A stretch of 64,000 bases of DNA from Eledone cirrhosa. Its lineage: Eukaryota. The notes under the pieces are model-generated. The model was not told the origin of the DNA. It did not search any database and worked only from the letters and a program-made list of their open reading frames with translations. The translations under genes were made by a program, and so were the position numbers. Positions 11,020 to 26,279 of the stretch are shown here, one piece after another; positions within the stretch are counted from its first letter, which is position 1, and each line of letters starts with the position of its first letter. Location: positions 240,374,001-240,438,000 of the forward strand of contig OZ024741.1 of NCBI GenBank assembly GCA_964016885.1. The letters run 5' to 3'.

Positions 11020-14000
11020 ATGTATGACATATATATATATACACACAAGTATCTGTATGTATATATGTATGTTTGACATATACAGCTACATGTACACACA
11101 CACACACACAAGTATCTGTATGTACATATGTATGTTTGACATATACAGATACATGTTCACTCACACACACACACATAAGTATCTGTATGTACATATGTAT
11201 GTTTGACATATACAGATACATGTACACACAGACACACACATAAGTATCTGTATGTACATATGTACACACATATACAGATACATGTACACACACACACATA
11301 TAAGTATCTGTATGTACATATGTATGTATGACATATACAGATACATGTACACACACACACACACATAAGTATCTGTATGTATATATGTATGTTTGACATA
11401 TACAGATACATGTACACACACACACACATAAGTATCTGTATGTACATATGTATGTTTGACATATACAGATACATGTACACACACACACACACACACACAC
11501 ATAAGTATCTGTATGTACATATGTATGTTTGACATATACAGCTACATGTACACACACACACACATAAGTATCTGTATGTATATATGTATGTTTGACATAT
11601 ACAGCTACATGTACACACACACACACATAAGTATCTGTATGTATATATGTATGTTTGACATATACAGATACATGTACACACACACACACATTAGTATCTG
11701 TATGTATATATGTATGTTTGACATATACAGATACATGTACACACACACACACACACATAAGTATCTGTATGTACATATGTGTGTTTGACATATACAGCTA
11801 CATGTACACACACACACACACACACACACATAAGTATCTGTATGTACATATGTATGTTTGACATATACAGATACATGTACACATACACACACATAAGTAT
11901 CTGTATGTATATATGTATGTTTGAGATATACAGATACATGTACACACACACACACACACATAAGTATCTGTATGTACATATGTATGTTTGACATATACAG
12001 ATACATGTACACACACACACACATAAGTATCTGTATGTACATATGTATGTTTGACATATACAGATACATGTACACACACACACACATAAGTATCTGTATG
12101 TACATATGTATGTTTGACATATACAGCTACATGTACACACACACACACACATAAGTATCTGTATGTACATATGTATGTTTGACATATACAGATACATGTA
12201 CACTCACACACACACAAGTATCTGTATGTACATATGTATGTTTGACATATACAGATACATGTACACACACACACACATAAGTATCTGTATGTATATATGT
12301 ATGTTTGACATATACAGATACATGTACACACACACACACACACAAGTATCTGTATGTACATATGTATGTTTGACATATACAGATACATGTACACACACAC
12401 ACACATAAGTATCTGTATGTATATATGTATGTTTGACATATACAGATACATGTACACACACACACACACAAGTATCTGTATGTATATATGTATGTTTGAC
12501 ATATACAGATACGTGTACACACACACACACACACACATAAGTATCTGTATGTATATATGTATGTTTGACATATACAGCTACATGTACACTCACACACACA
12601 CAAGTATCTGTATGTACATATGTATGTTTGACATATACACCTACATGTACACTCACACACACACATAAGTATCTGTATGTATATATGTATGTTTGACATA
12701 TACAGCTACATGTACACACACATAAGTATCTGTATGTATATATGTATGTTTGACATATACAGCTACATGTACACACACACTCACACACACGTAAGTATCT
12801 GTATGTATATATGTATGTTTGACATATACAGCTACATGTACACACACACACACATAAGTATCTGTATGTACATATGTATGTTTGACATATACAGCTACAT
12901 GTACACACACACACACACATAAGTATCTGTATGTATATATGTATGTTTGACATATACAGATACATGTACACACACACACACATAAGTATCTGTATGTATA
13001 TATGTATGTTTGACATATACAGCTACATGTACACACACATAAGTATCTGTATGTACATATGTATGTTTGACATATACAGATACATGTACACACACACACA
13101 TAAGTATCTGTATGTACATATGTATGTTTGACATATACAGCTACATGTACACACACACACACACATAAGTATCTGTATGTATATATGTATGTTTGACATA
13201 TACAGCTACATGTACACACACACACCCACATAAGTATCTGTATGTACATATGTATGTTTGACATATACCGCTACATGTACACACATACACACACATAAGT
13301 ATCTGTATGTATATATGTATGTTTCACATATACAGATACATGTACACTCACACACACACACATAAGTATCTGTATGTATATATGTATGTTTGAGATATAC
13401 AGATACATGTACACACACACACACACACATAAGTATCTGTATGTACATATGTATGTTTGACATATACAGATACATGTACACACACACACATAAGTATCTG
13501 TATGTATATGTATATATGTATGTTTGACATATACAGATACATGTACACACACACACACACATAAGTATCTGTATGTATATATGTATGTTTGACATATACA
13601 GATACATGTACACACACACACACACATAAGTATCTGTATGTATATATGTATGTTTGACATATACAGATACATGTACACACACACACACACATAAGTATCT
13701 GTATGTACATATGTATGTTTGACATATACAGCTACATGTACACACACACACACACATAAGTATCTGTATGTATATATGTATGTTTGACATATACAGATAC
13801 ATGTACACACACACACACACATAAGTATCTGTATGTATATATGTATGTTTGACATATACAGATACATATACACACACACACACACACACACAAGTATTTG
13901 TATGTATATATGTATGTTTGACATATACAGCTACATGTACACACACACACACACATAAGTATCTGTATGTACATATGTACACACATATACAGATACATGT

Positions 14001-14240
14001 ACACACTCACACACATAAGTATCTATATGTACTTATGTATGTTTGACATATACAGCTACATGTACACACACACACACACACATAAGTATCTGTATGTACT
14101 TATGTATGTTTGACATATACAGCTATATGTACACACACACACACACAAGTATCTGTATGTATATATGTACACACATATACAGATACATGTACACTCACAT
14201 AAGTATTTGTATGTACATGTGTATGTATGACATATACATA
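11020..14240. repeat. Minisatellite, about 62-bp unit with variable (CA)n
   Basis: aagtatctgtatgta(c/t)atatgtatgtttgacatatacag(a/c)tacatgtacacacac...at repeated about 50 times. Confidence 0.97.
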
Positions 14241-15062
14241 TCTACGTACACACACACATTCTGACTACTTTTTAAATATTTGGTCATGTAAAGTAACTAT
14301 GTATTGTATTGAAATGTTATGTATTGATAGGTACACTTACTAATGTACTATATTCCACACATGCTACTAAGTCTATTGATTTATTTCAATCTACCGCTAT
14401 TGCGATTGCATGTATCTAGTCTCCGGAGATGATCGAAGACAACCACAACCGAGTAAAAACATGCTTCTCTTGTCACATTTCATCATCATTTCAACTTTGA
14501 GATGGACACATCATCTAGTGCTTCATTGAAAGAAGAGATGAGGTTATGGACAAACCCAGATCATTGGAAGAAAGCCGGGAAATCTTGGAATTGGAGCAAG
14601 AGATTTGTAAACAATGGAAACTAACCTTGTTCTGAAATTATCTTGGTATTTCCTCATAGAGGCCCAAGTTACGTTCTGTCCAGTCACATCTGTTGTCCAT
14701 ATCTGTCAGTAAAGTATCGTTGAGAAAATTGGGTGTAAGAACGACATTTTGTTCTTCATGTTCACCATAGGATGTCACTCTTACTGGCTGACTATACTGT
14801 TTAGACAAAAAGAAAATACATATTGTAAATTTTATTTTTCAGTTGATTTAAATATTTTTTTTCATTTAACTCGTATATATCTTTCTAGGCTTGAATCGCT
14901 AATGACTAAAGAAGTTGTTTCCAAACCTATTTTATTGCAAAACCCTTTTGTGATTTTCTGAAAATCATGGAACTCATACCTATATTTTACAAACAATTAC
15001 TCATACTCTAATTTTAATAAAATGAGCTGAAACAAAAGGTTGTTTGAGAGAGAGAATTTATT

Positions 15063-15099
<37 letters not shown>

Positions 15100-15102
<3 letters not shown>

Positions 15103-15258
15103 TGGTAACACAACAGTTAGTTCACCATACAGAGAACAATTGTTTCACCTTAGCGGATCTTCAGCTTGGACTGGTCATGGTTATACGGAATAGGAATTCT
15201 TCCTATTCCGTATAACAACTGTTCTCGGTATGGTGAACTAACTGTTGTGTTACCACTT
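15100..15258. repeat. Fold-back element with nested hairpin
   Basis: 45-bp arms at 15100-15144 and 15214-15258; inner 17-bp hairpin at 15180-15216. Confidence 0.9.
15130..15169 (-). ncRNA. Minimal hammerhead-like motif in fold-back element
   Basis: Minus strand ccaag CTGAAGA t cc gctaa gg t GAA ACAATTGT T ctc; palindromic stem III; stem I imperfect. Confidence 0.55.
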
Positions 15259-17825
15259 CAACCTAACTCGTCCCATTGACTGAGTGCTCTACCAGTACAG
15301 ATATTACCTTCCAGTGTTCTACCTCTCTCTCTCTATATATATATAAAACATAATAGATTATTAAGTTTTATTAAAAGTTGTCTAATTTCATGGAACCCCA
15401 GAATTTTTTCACGAAACCCACTTTGGGAAAACAATGGACAAAATAATGCTAATTTTGGTTTTTGAAATTGAAAATCTGAGAAAGCAAAACAGTTACAATA
15501 GCTTTTTCAGCTCCTTCTTTAACCACCATCATAAACATAATTTCAGTGGCAGATATAATTAATGAAATGAGTACAGTTTGTGTTTAATTTGGCTTGTTTT
15601 AGGGTAGAAGTAGTGAAGAGATGGTAATGCTGAAAAAGAAAGACTGGAGGAAGTTTTTACTAATGAATTTGGTGTGTATAGCATTATTTAAGGAAAGTGG
15701 TCTGGTAGATACATTAGTTGAGTATAGGAGGAATGACATACAGTCAATAATGTTAGAGGAACATAGAACATTCTAGTACTGATAAACGAGATGTAGAGAG
15801 AGAAGACACAACTAAATATTGGGCTATTTATTGCAGAAAGTTGCTGATGGAAACTTACCTATGAGCTAGATATGACCATGAATGTTTATATAGATGTGCA
15901 CACATGTGTAATGAGTACACTGTCCTAGATGTGTGAGGGTGAATTTATGTAGAAAGACATCATTATTTTTTATGAAAGGGCAGCAGATTGGTAGAATCAG
16001 CAGAGCATCAGACAAAATGCTCTGTGATATTTGTTTGGGCTCTTTACATTTTGCTTTTATCCTTCCGGGAGTTGATAAAATATAGTACCAGTCAAGTATT
16101 GGGTCAATTTAATCAACTTTTCTCTCCCTTCAAATTGCTGGTCTTTTGTCTAAATTAGAAATCATTATTCTTGATCATGTGAACTGTATTGGGCCAATGT
16201 GAATTTCTATGTTAGGAAATCGAAATTAAATGATCGAATGTTGTCTCATATTTTTAGTATAACATCAGATACAAAATTTTATGAGGCAGTTATAATCAGA
16301 CCCCATGCCAGGCTTTGGTGTTGAGGCCCTAATCAGAAAATTAGGAGGGGCAAGGAGTCACTCTGTCATGAGGAACATCTTTCAAGATGTGTTTTTATAA
16401 ACTCTGTTTTCTAAATCTGAGAGTGCACTATTGAAAAGTAAAGGTGCAGCGCCATCTAGTACTCCACCACCCCTCCTTTGCAATGGACCTAGTTATAAGT
16501 TGTCAGCAGAGTATACTACAGATAGTAGAGTATAGTAAGGTACAGTATTGTTTATACTGTTCAGTATAAACTATGGTGTTTTCAGTATAGATTATTGTAT
16601 TGGATATTCAGTACAGTATATAGTGTTGCTTGAACAGTACATAGTATGTTGTCAGTCCAGTACAGTGCAGGTTATAGTGTTGTCACTATAATATAGACTA
16701 TGTTGTATTTTGTACAATACATTATAGTGCTGTTAGTACAATACAATACACACTATAGTGTTGCTAGTACAGAACAATACATACTGTATAGTGTTGTTAG
16801 TACATTACATACTGTTGTTCGTACAGTACACTACATACTGTAGTGCTGTTAGTACAGTAAAATACATACTGTAGTGTTAGTATAATGATATAAACTGTAG
16901 TATTGTCAGGGCAGTAGATATAGTGTTAGTATAATACATACACAGCACAGTATAAAATATAGTACTGTCAGTGCAAACAGTATATAGTTTAATGTTGACA
17001 GTACAGTATAGTACGGATTACAATTCCGTCTTTACAGTAGATTACAGGTTATAGTATTTTCAGTGTAGTATGTACAGGTCTCGGCTGGATTAAGTTCTTT
17101 TAAAGCCCCAACCACTTAAAAGATTGCATTTAATTTAAATAAAATGGTGCCCCTTTTTACTTGATACACACAGCATATGTAATTTTGCTTAATGGTTAAT
17201 CCAGCCATGCTAGAGGTGAAAGAATTGTCTTTACCATACCACAGCAAAATAAATACTTGTTTAAGACATCAAAGTAAGAGGAGAACCATTTTATTTAAAT
17301 TGTGTCATTCCACCTCCCACACCAGAAAAATATTAATATATATATTCTTTTGCAGACTTTGTATTTGGGGAACACCATAATCTTTTAAGTCCTTAAAAGG
17401 ACTAATCTGGCCCTGCATATATACTGTAATGTTAAATGTATAGTCATCATCATCATGGTTTTACATCTGTTTTACATCTGTTTTTCAATGCTTGCATGGA
17501 TTAACCCGTGTCTGCATGGAAAAACAAATGTAAAATACCCCTCTCTGTTTCTGGGCAAAAACATCATTTGCAAGTATATGGAAAAGTATGTATATGAGGT
17601 GTTTGAAATAGATATATATGGCATACAAGAGTGAAAACAGTGTCAATAATATAAAAAAAACAACAACAAAAAAAAACTACCATGTACAGTATAGACTACA
17701 ATGTTATCAACACAGTTCTCTCCAAAATACAGTGTTGTTTCTATATTACATACATATCGCTATACCCCTATGTACTGGGTAATTGCTGGCCTTGTGCCTA
17801 AAGTAGAAACAATTATATATCATCA

Positions 17826-18000
17826 CTAGTATCGGTAGAGGGTTGGACGCCATACTTTCCAGCATAGTTACGTCCCTTTACAGTCTGAGTTCAAATCCCG
17901 CCGAGGTTAACTTTGCCTTTCATCCTTACGGGGTCGATAAAATAAAGCACCAGTAATGCACTGGTAATTGCTGGCCTTGTGCCTAAAGTAGAAACAATTA
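17826..18000 (+). mobile_element. tRNA-derived SINE (family B)
   Basis: gagttcaaatccc B box followed by gaggttaactttgcctttcatccttacggggtcgataaaataaag; the same core recurs many times in the window. Confidence 0.8.
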
Positions 18001-20294
18001 TATTATTATCTATATTATCACTATTTCACGCTTCCTTGTATCTGATTCATTTTGACTAAGGTTACAGCACATCCAGTTTAGGAATAAGCATGGTATGGTT
18101 CATATGAAAATAATCCGAGGATATTACTGGTATTCTTATGTCTCCCTATTCTTCTCTCCCATCCTCCTTCCCTTTCTCCATCCCATTATCCTCATCATCA
18201 TCATTTTTACATCTGCACTTCCAAGCTGGCATGGGTGGAAGAAATCCTCTCTAGTAGAGTGTCTCTCCTTTTCTATCTTTCCTTTGTCATATTCTTTGTA
18301 TCTTGGTGAAACTTGAACCTAGAACTATAAAATGTCAGCTACATTACAGTACATACTGTCCAGTCAAATATTTTACAGGGAATGCAAGCTTTCCCCTGCC
18401 TTGAGCAGGGTGGGGGGGGGGGAGGAAGATGTTATATGGAAGTTGTGATATCATGATATATTGAAAAATCCTTGCATAAGGCAATCAGCATATCCAGCAG
18501 GCCATCATGTCAACTATGTTTAGCTACATCTCTTATCAACTTCTTATCTGGTTCATTGTCACATACTTCATTCAGCTTAGCTTTTGTCAGTGAGGCAGGA
18601 GGAGGGAGCAAACAGACACTCAGACCGACAGACTGGCTGACAGACAGATTGATGGATAGCCTGAAGGATGGATGTACAGCTGGGATTAAAGGGTGAAACA
18701 CTGGGCAGACAAACTGATGGATGGACAGAAGACTGGAAGGACAGCTGGGATTAAAGGCTGAAAGGCTGGACAGTCAAATAATCTCTAGATAGATAGATAG
18801 ATAGAGAGAGGGAGAGAGAGAAAATTTCTATTTGTATGTATGTGTGATGGAGTGAGTATGTGTTAAAGAATGAACATGTGATTTAGAGAAATAACAATAT
18901 TTCAGAAAGAGAAGAGAGAGAGAAAACGTGTGTGTTTGTGTGAATATAAAAGAGAGACTGAGTATGAATTTATGAAAGAAAATGAATGAGAGAGAGAGGA
19001 GAGAAAAATAACTTTCAATATCACAATATTACTATTGTTTCTCTGCCAGGAGAATATCTTCCATGTTTCAGCTTCAGTTTGTCCATCACCTCCTTCTGTT
19101 TCTTCTACTGTGACTAAGAAGACCTGTTTACATGACTGATTGTCATCGATCAGAATAACTTACCACAGAATATTTGTGTAATAACACTGCTACATATCAA
19201 ATAACACCTCAATTAAGTTAGTGGTGAGCCACCAAATCATTTTGATGTCTTCTTCACTCTTGGTTTGGTTATAAGATTTGTTTAGGATTTCTTTCGAAAT
19301 CCTTCCTGTCTTCTTCTATACTCATACAATTCAAATCAATTGAAGAAATTACCATACATTTTGAATATAAAAAGCTTGGGACAAAAGGTTATTATACAGC
19401 TATACTCATACATGGTTTCTGTCTAACATGCTGTTATTTTTGTGGTTGTATTTCTACATTCAGTGTATAGGATGGAGACAGGGCAAGATTAAGTCCCTTT
19501 GAGGCCCTAAGCACTTAAAAGATTATGGTGCCCCTTGCCACATAAAGTCTGCAAACAAACAACTTTTTTTTTGAAAGACAAACATATTTAATTTAAAAAA
19601 AAGGTTAACCCTCTGCCATTGATACTCTAAGCATGTTTTTATTTTGCTTAATATTTAATCTAGTCATGGATGCTGGCAGATTTTGATATCAATTTTGGGT
19701 GAAAAAAGTGCGTCTTATACATTGAGAACTATAGTTTTTGAAAGACAAACACATTTAATTTAAATAAAATTTAATTTAAATTTTATGGGCAAAATCAACT
19801 GGTAGGAAACCCGGGGATAAACTTTGATACTCTAAGCATCTGCTTATTTTGCTTAATGGATGTTGGCAGATTTTGATATCAAAAAGTGTATCTTATACAT
19901 TGCGAATTATAGTGAATAAGTATTTCTGAGCCTAATGTGAAATTATATTCCTATGGAGTGTGGGGAGAGAAATAAACTGAAATCCTGTTTTAGAGTATCT
20001 GAGTCTGATGAGTATTGGCTGATGTATTCAAGAGAAATAGCTACCTTGGTGTATATTGAATAAAGTCTGTAGAGAATGTGGCAATGGTAGTTGTAGTGGC
20101 AGGGTGTGAAGGTGTTATGGTAGTAGTATTGGTAGGGGTGTGAGGGTATCATAGTGGCAGGGTGGTGGTGTCGTAGTAGTAGTGGCAAGGGCAGCAGTGG
20201 TGGTATTGGTAGTAGTATTAGTGGCATCAGTGGTGGTATTGGTAGTAATAATAGTAGTAGTAATGGTGGTAGCGGTAGTAATAATGGTTTCTTA

Positions 20295-20685
20295 TATAGG
20301 CACAAGGCTAGCAATTTTTGGGGAGGGGACAGTCGATTAAATCAACCGCAGTGTGGTATTTTATCGACCCCGTAAGGATGAAAGGCAACGTTAACCTCAG
20401 CGGGATTTGAACTCAGACCATAAAAGGCCGTAACTCTATGCTGCAAAGCATGGCGTCCGACCCTCTACCGATACTGCCAATCCACTGCCCTAGCAGTAGT
20501 AATAATTGTTTCTACTTTAGGCACAAGGCCAGCAATTACCCAGTGCATTACTGGTACTTTATTTTATCGACCCCGTAAGGATGAAAAGCAAAGTCAACCT
20601 CGGCGGGATTTGAACTCAGATTGTTAAGGGACGTAACTATGCTGGAAAGCGTGGCGTCCGACTCTCTACCGATACTGCCAATCCA
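20295..20685 (-). mobile_element. Two tandem family B SINE copies
   Basis: Two reverse-complement copies (ttatcgaccccgtaaggatgaaag...gggatttgaactcaga...ctctaccgatactgccaatcca) at about 20295-20490 and 20505-20685. Confidence 0.8.
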
Positions 20686-21518
20686 CATAATAATAGTAGT
20701 AGGGGTAGTAGTGAAATGTTTTTCCAAGTCATTACAGTTGCATTTCAGAAAGTTTGGTTTCTCAGATGGGGGTCATGTGATGACATACAATTAAGACGCT
20801 CTTGTAAATATGCCAATATTTGGGTTTATTTTACAAATATTTACATGAACAGGTAGAATCAAAATAAATTGTTTTTGTTATTTTAGGATTATCTTAAAGT
20901 TTGTATATTTTTGTTTTGTTTTTACTTACCACAGCAGAATATGTTGAATTGGTTATTACCTATGTTGCTTTGTTATTTAGATATGAAAATATATTTCTTT
21001 TTTTTCCATACATTTATAGTGATATTTTTTTTGTTAGAGAGGCTGGTATGGTAGTCCCATTGAGACTTTTGAGGGTCTCCAAAAATGGTTGAGGGTGGGG
21101 GGAGAGAAAAGAAGGAAGGTGTTCAAATGAAAGCTTTTGCAGCAATGTTTGCAGCAATGGAGATTCTGAGAAAGGCATCCGAGTGCCAGGTGGTGTTTTA
21201 AGTTGGACAACAGATTGAGTAACTATGCAAGTAGACTACAGCGGCATTTGAACTCTGTACACTAAGAGCTGGAACAAATACTGCAGGACATCTCATATAG
21301 TGCTCTAACAATTCTGCCAATCAACTGCCCTATATTGGTGCTTTATTCAATTGACCTCCAAAATGATGAAAAATAAAGTTTGAGCTCAGAATACATACAA
21401 CCAGAACAAGTATCTCAAGACATCTTATCCTACACTCTAATGACTCTGTCAGTGTGTGTGTATTGTGTAACTATTTGTGAATATGTGTGTATGTGTGAGT
21501 ATTAGTGTAAGTGTATGT

Positions 21519-21722
21519 CAGGGCTGGATTAAAAACTTTAGAAACCCTAAGCCCTGAAAAGATTATGTAAGAGGTATATTTTATGGACCCCAGTTCAGCT
21601 GTAACAGTGTACCATGATCCATTGTAAATCTGGCACTGAAAAAAAAAAACAATCTATGGAGCCCCTCTTTACTTTAGGCCCTAAGCATGTGATTATTTTG
21701 CTTATTGGTTAATCCAGGGCTG
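21519..21722. mobile_element. MITE with CAGGGCTGGATT-type TIRs (hAT-like); related pieces at about 17076-17414 and 19479-19860
   Basis: cagggctggattaa...ttaatccagggctg; shared internal gccctaagcac/ttaaaagattatg and attttgcttaat motifs; no clear TSD. Confidence 0.5.
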
Positions 21723-24700
21723 TGTGGAGAGGTAATTAAGTGTGTGTGTTTGCCAGTATGTGTGTGTACCAGTGTGCATGTGTATGTGCGTTCATATGTG
21801 TGTATGTATGTGCTGGAGAATACAGAAAGATAGTTTGGGAAGGTGTTTACTTTTGTTTGATTAGTATTCTCCTTTACTAATCTCTAAAATTTTGGTTTAT
21901 ATAGTTTTGGAGGGTCAGAAAACTGTTATGCTGGTTACTATTGAAAACATATTTTAAATTCCGGGACTTGACCAGGCGCATCATTTACACATCAATTGCT
22001 GTCAAGACCTCAAGTGTTCTTAGTCGCCAAACTGCTGTTTTCTTCTACTAAATTGGGAAGACTGCAACCCACCTGAGGCAGGAGCTCTGTGATGTACAGT
22101 TGCTAATGTCAAGGTATTGCTGGTCATTTTCCACAGCAATGTCTTTGCCATTTTGACTGCAGGTTATAGCTGGAACATACCACTCAGACTGGTATGTAAA
22201 GTCTGTCACTTCCTTTCCTTTTCTTTTGTTGCATAATTTCTTTTTCTTCTCTATCTTTTTCATTTTTTATTATTGTTTTATTTCCATATTGTTAAACCAC
22301 AATTCTTGATTTTTTTTCATAGGATTTGAAAATTTTCTATATTAATTATATATATTTTCAAACTATTTGGCATTGAGAACTTGGCAGTTTTGTGATTTTT
22401 AAATACATTTAAATATTAGTTACATTTAAATTCACTGAAGCTGAATGAGGCCCTGTCATGTTGAGACAGTGAACCTTTGGTTATCAGACCTATATGTTGT
22501 TTCAAAGGGTTTTAACAACAACATTATTATAGTGCAAGATTGATTTGGGTGGGTAGAGGAATCCTCACTGACATCTGCTGCATGAAAAAACAAATAGTAA
22601 AGTTGGAGCTAGCATATTTAATGTAGTAATTCAAGAAATTTTAAGGATTGTCAAGGAAAAGCTGGGTAGAAGTATTGAGAACAGATCTCAAAATGCTGAA
22701 CCTCAAGGGAGATGACAGGAAATCCACATGTGGAGGGAAGCTTTGCTGGAAAATATTCACCCAACTTTTGCAAGCATAGAAATACATGATAGCTAAGTTA
22801 AACAGACAGATAAGTCACAATATTTACAATGTACCATATATTTGGAAATGAGATTTTGTAGATCCAGTGGTAGGTCACATGCTGGTTTTTCATATTGTAT
22901 TTTTCTTGGAAAAAGACTTTTATACAGTAATTAATATCACACCCATCATGAGGAAAAAAAAGACATTATGTTAATGATTAATTCAAATCAAGAAAGGCAG
23001 AAAAGACAACTCCAGAATTTGTATTAAAGTGGATTAAAATACAATGTAGTGAAGAATAAGTCTGATCTTGTGTATATACTTGTACATAAGTCATAGATTT
23101 GTTTTTTTACAAAAGAAAAAAAAAGATTGGGCATGGAAAGCTGTATTTAACTTATTTACTGAACCCTGTTCTGGGCTTGAAATATCAAATAAGGAAGACA
23201 AAATATCATATAAATAGGGTGCAACTGATATCCTGCTCTGACTTATATTAAGTATATACAATAACCATGAAGCTAATTATTTTTTTCTCTCTCCTCATTA
23301 CGAGTTTAATTTCAATTAATATTTCTTCACTCATTACATTATGTTAACACTGACTTTACTATTTTAGTGTAAAGCTAATTAATATAGAATGAATTAATAC
23401 CTTTCTTTCTGCAGGACATATCAACAACCAGAGGACATGTTTTAAAAAAAATTTTTTAATAGTCTTTTATAAACTATGCCATCTCAGTGTTTTCCACAAT
23501 ATCTCTGTGTCTGTGTAATTTATCTCCCAGTACTGTCACTTTCGCAGGATTATGTTGATTATGAGGCATTTAGTTAGGTCACTTTATATTCTGAGTTCAA
23601 ATCCTGCTGAGGTCAACTTTGTCTTTCCATCCCTCAAGGGTTGAGAAAATAAGTACCAGTCAAATACTGAGGATCGATCTGATCACCTATAGTCTCCTCA
23701 CAAAAGTTGTGGCCTCGTGCCTATGTTAGAAAAAAAAATCATTATTATTATAATTGTTGCTGTTGTTGTTTATATGAAGCATTGTGAGATATGTGGTTAA
23801 AATTGTTTTAGGAAATCCAGTACAATGCATGTTAGAAATAGAGGAATGAAAATGGGAGTAAAATAAGACAAAACAGTTTATAATTTGACCTTATGTTTCA
23901 TGATATTTCAGGGTTAACACATCCTTTTCAAATCTCAAATATCATGAGCGTTCTTAACATTAAAATAGTATGCAACATAAAGTAAAAGTGTAAACTGTTA
24001 TTTGGCCTTACTTTACTCCTGTTTTTACTTCCTTACTTCTAGCTTTCACTGTATTGGATTTTCTAAAGCAATTGTTGTTGTTATTATTTTATTATTACTA
24101 TTATTATTATTATTATTATATTATTATTATTATTATTATTATTATCATCATCATCATCATTTGGCCCCAGTGGTCAATAAAGAAATCACAATTACCTTTT
24201 TTTTCTAATCAAAAAATGAAAAGCAGAATCAATGGAGTACTAGCTGAATTGTCTTGACAGCTTATGTCATATAATACATTTTTTTCTTTTATTGTTTTAC
24301 TGGTTTCAGATATTAGACTGTCGCCATGCTAGGGGACAGCCTTTAAGGAATTTAGTTGATCATATCGACACCTGTACATATATTTTCAAGTCTGGTACTT
24401 ATTTTATCGATCTGTTCTTTCTTGTTTTTATTCTTTAATTGAACTGCTAAGATATGGGATATAAACATGGGTACAAATGTAAACACACACACACTTATAT
24501 ATGATGGGCTTCTGCAGTTTTTGTGTACCAAGTTTCAGTCAACCTGGGGCTAGAGCAGACCATTGCCCAAGGTGCCATGCAGTGGGAATGAACTTCAAAC
24601 TATGAGGTTATGTAATATAGTTAAATGAAAAATCTAGATTAACTGAGATTATCATAGAGGTGTATATGAAAGCATATATATGTTTTTGAATAATAAACAT

Positions 24701-25117
24701 AGTCATGTTATGAATTTTTTTAAAAGTTGTAATCATGTCACAGCTTTCTCAGTGGCAGTGAGAATGCCAGACAGCTGTTTCTGGATTTTTATCTGTCATT
24801 GGTGACATTTACTCACTATCATTCTGTCTCCTGCTTTCAAAGAAATCAGCTGTTTCACTACATTGCCCTTACAACTCCACCAGGAGTAATGGGTTCATAC
24901 ATACATTGATCACTTTCAGTCATATCTGCTGAGTAGACTATACTCTGCTGAGGAGATCTAATAAGATTGAAACCTATAAATATAATAGGTAACACATTAA
25001 TCTCTTTGTTGCTTTCAATTTTTTCAAAATCTACCGTCTGTTTTGCATTGTCATAACCTTCGAATAGCTACTTTATACACTAACACAATGCTTCAAGCAA
25101 ACTATAACACCTGCTTA

Positions 25118-25147
<30 letters not shown>

Positions 25148-25148
<1 letters not shown>

Positions 25149-25380
25149 TATTTATGTTCATACACAGAACAAAGACGCCACGCAAGGTTTCAAGGCCCAA
25201 ATTCGACCATACCTCTAGAAAACAAAAGGCATCAAAATAGTGACTTTTTTTTCAGATACTAATACAAAGCACCTGAAGAAAGGTCACTATTTTGATGCCT
25301 CATGTTTTCTGGAGGTATGGTCAAATTTGGGCCTTGAAACCTTGCGTAGCATCTTTGTTTCCTGTATGAAGATAAATAAA
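25148..25380. repeat. Fold-back element (arms about 105 bp) with hammerhead-like core
   Basis: Arms are reverse complements; right arm has CTGAAGA aaggtc...ggcctt GAAAC. Confidence 0.88.
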
Positions 25381-25382
25381 TA

Positions 25383-25413
<31 letters not shown>

Positions 25414-25482
25414 TGATAGTCTGTGGTATTGGGACTGGAAAAACCACAAATCAAAGAAGTACCTGATACATGGAAAGATGGG

Positions 25483-25601
25483 TATATTAGTGAAAGTAGA
25501 GGATCTACTGCAAGCTCGGTGGTTTCGGCTAGTTTATCTCTTCTGAGGTAACTAGCTGAAAATGCAGAGCTTGCAGTAGTTTGATTACTTTCACTAATAT
25601 A
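25483..25601. repeat. Short fold-back element
   Basis: tatattagtgaaagta..ctactgcaagctc / gagcttgcagtag..tactttcactaatata. Confidence 0.85.
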
Positions 25602-26279
25602 TATATCTATAGTTTAAATGAAAGGAGTATATGGAGCCATATACAATATATTTATGTAGAATAAACATACATATATATATAGTCATGCTGTGTATATTCT
25701 AAGCTGTTACCTTATCACTGCTATCTTAGTAACTGGTGTAATAGTACTTTATACATGTATTTCAAGGTTATTATCCATCTTCAGCAGATGTTACTCTGAG
25801 GTACTGAAGTACGAAAGACTTGAAAATTTGTAGATTCTTTTTTATCGTTCAGTCAGAAGCTGAAGGTCAGCATCCATGGTTTTTTGAGGGCTTTTAAGAC
25901 TGGTGGAAAGAAAAGAATGAATGTGTCCTCAGATTGGAAACTAAAGAGGCATGCTAACTATCAGCTGATGACTACTGGGTTAATATTTAATTCCTGTTAT
26001 CTCTGACCAATCCACTTTATTGTTATTAGGTGAATAATCAGTAACATGTTGTGTTGTATAGTAGACATGTCTATCCACTCTTTTCCAGGAAGAAGATCTC
26101 AGTCTCCCACTTTCCATGCTACACAACCTGGAGGTCAGTATTTGACAGAGGGATTATTGTGGCTAGAGATACAAATATTAATTTTAGTTTAAATGTTTAA
26201 CATGTTTAGATTAGCTGATGACCTGCTCTTCCACAGCTGACAAAACAAAATCCATACATTTATCACTTTCCAAGTTCAC

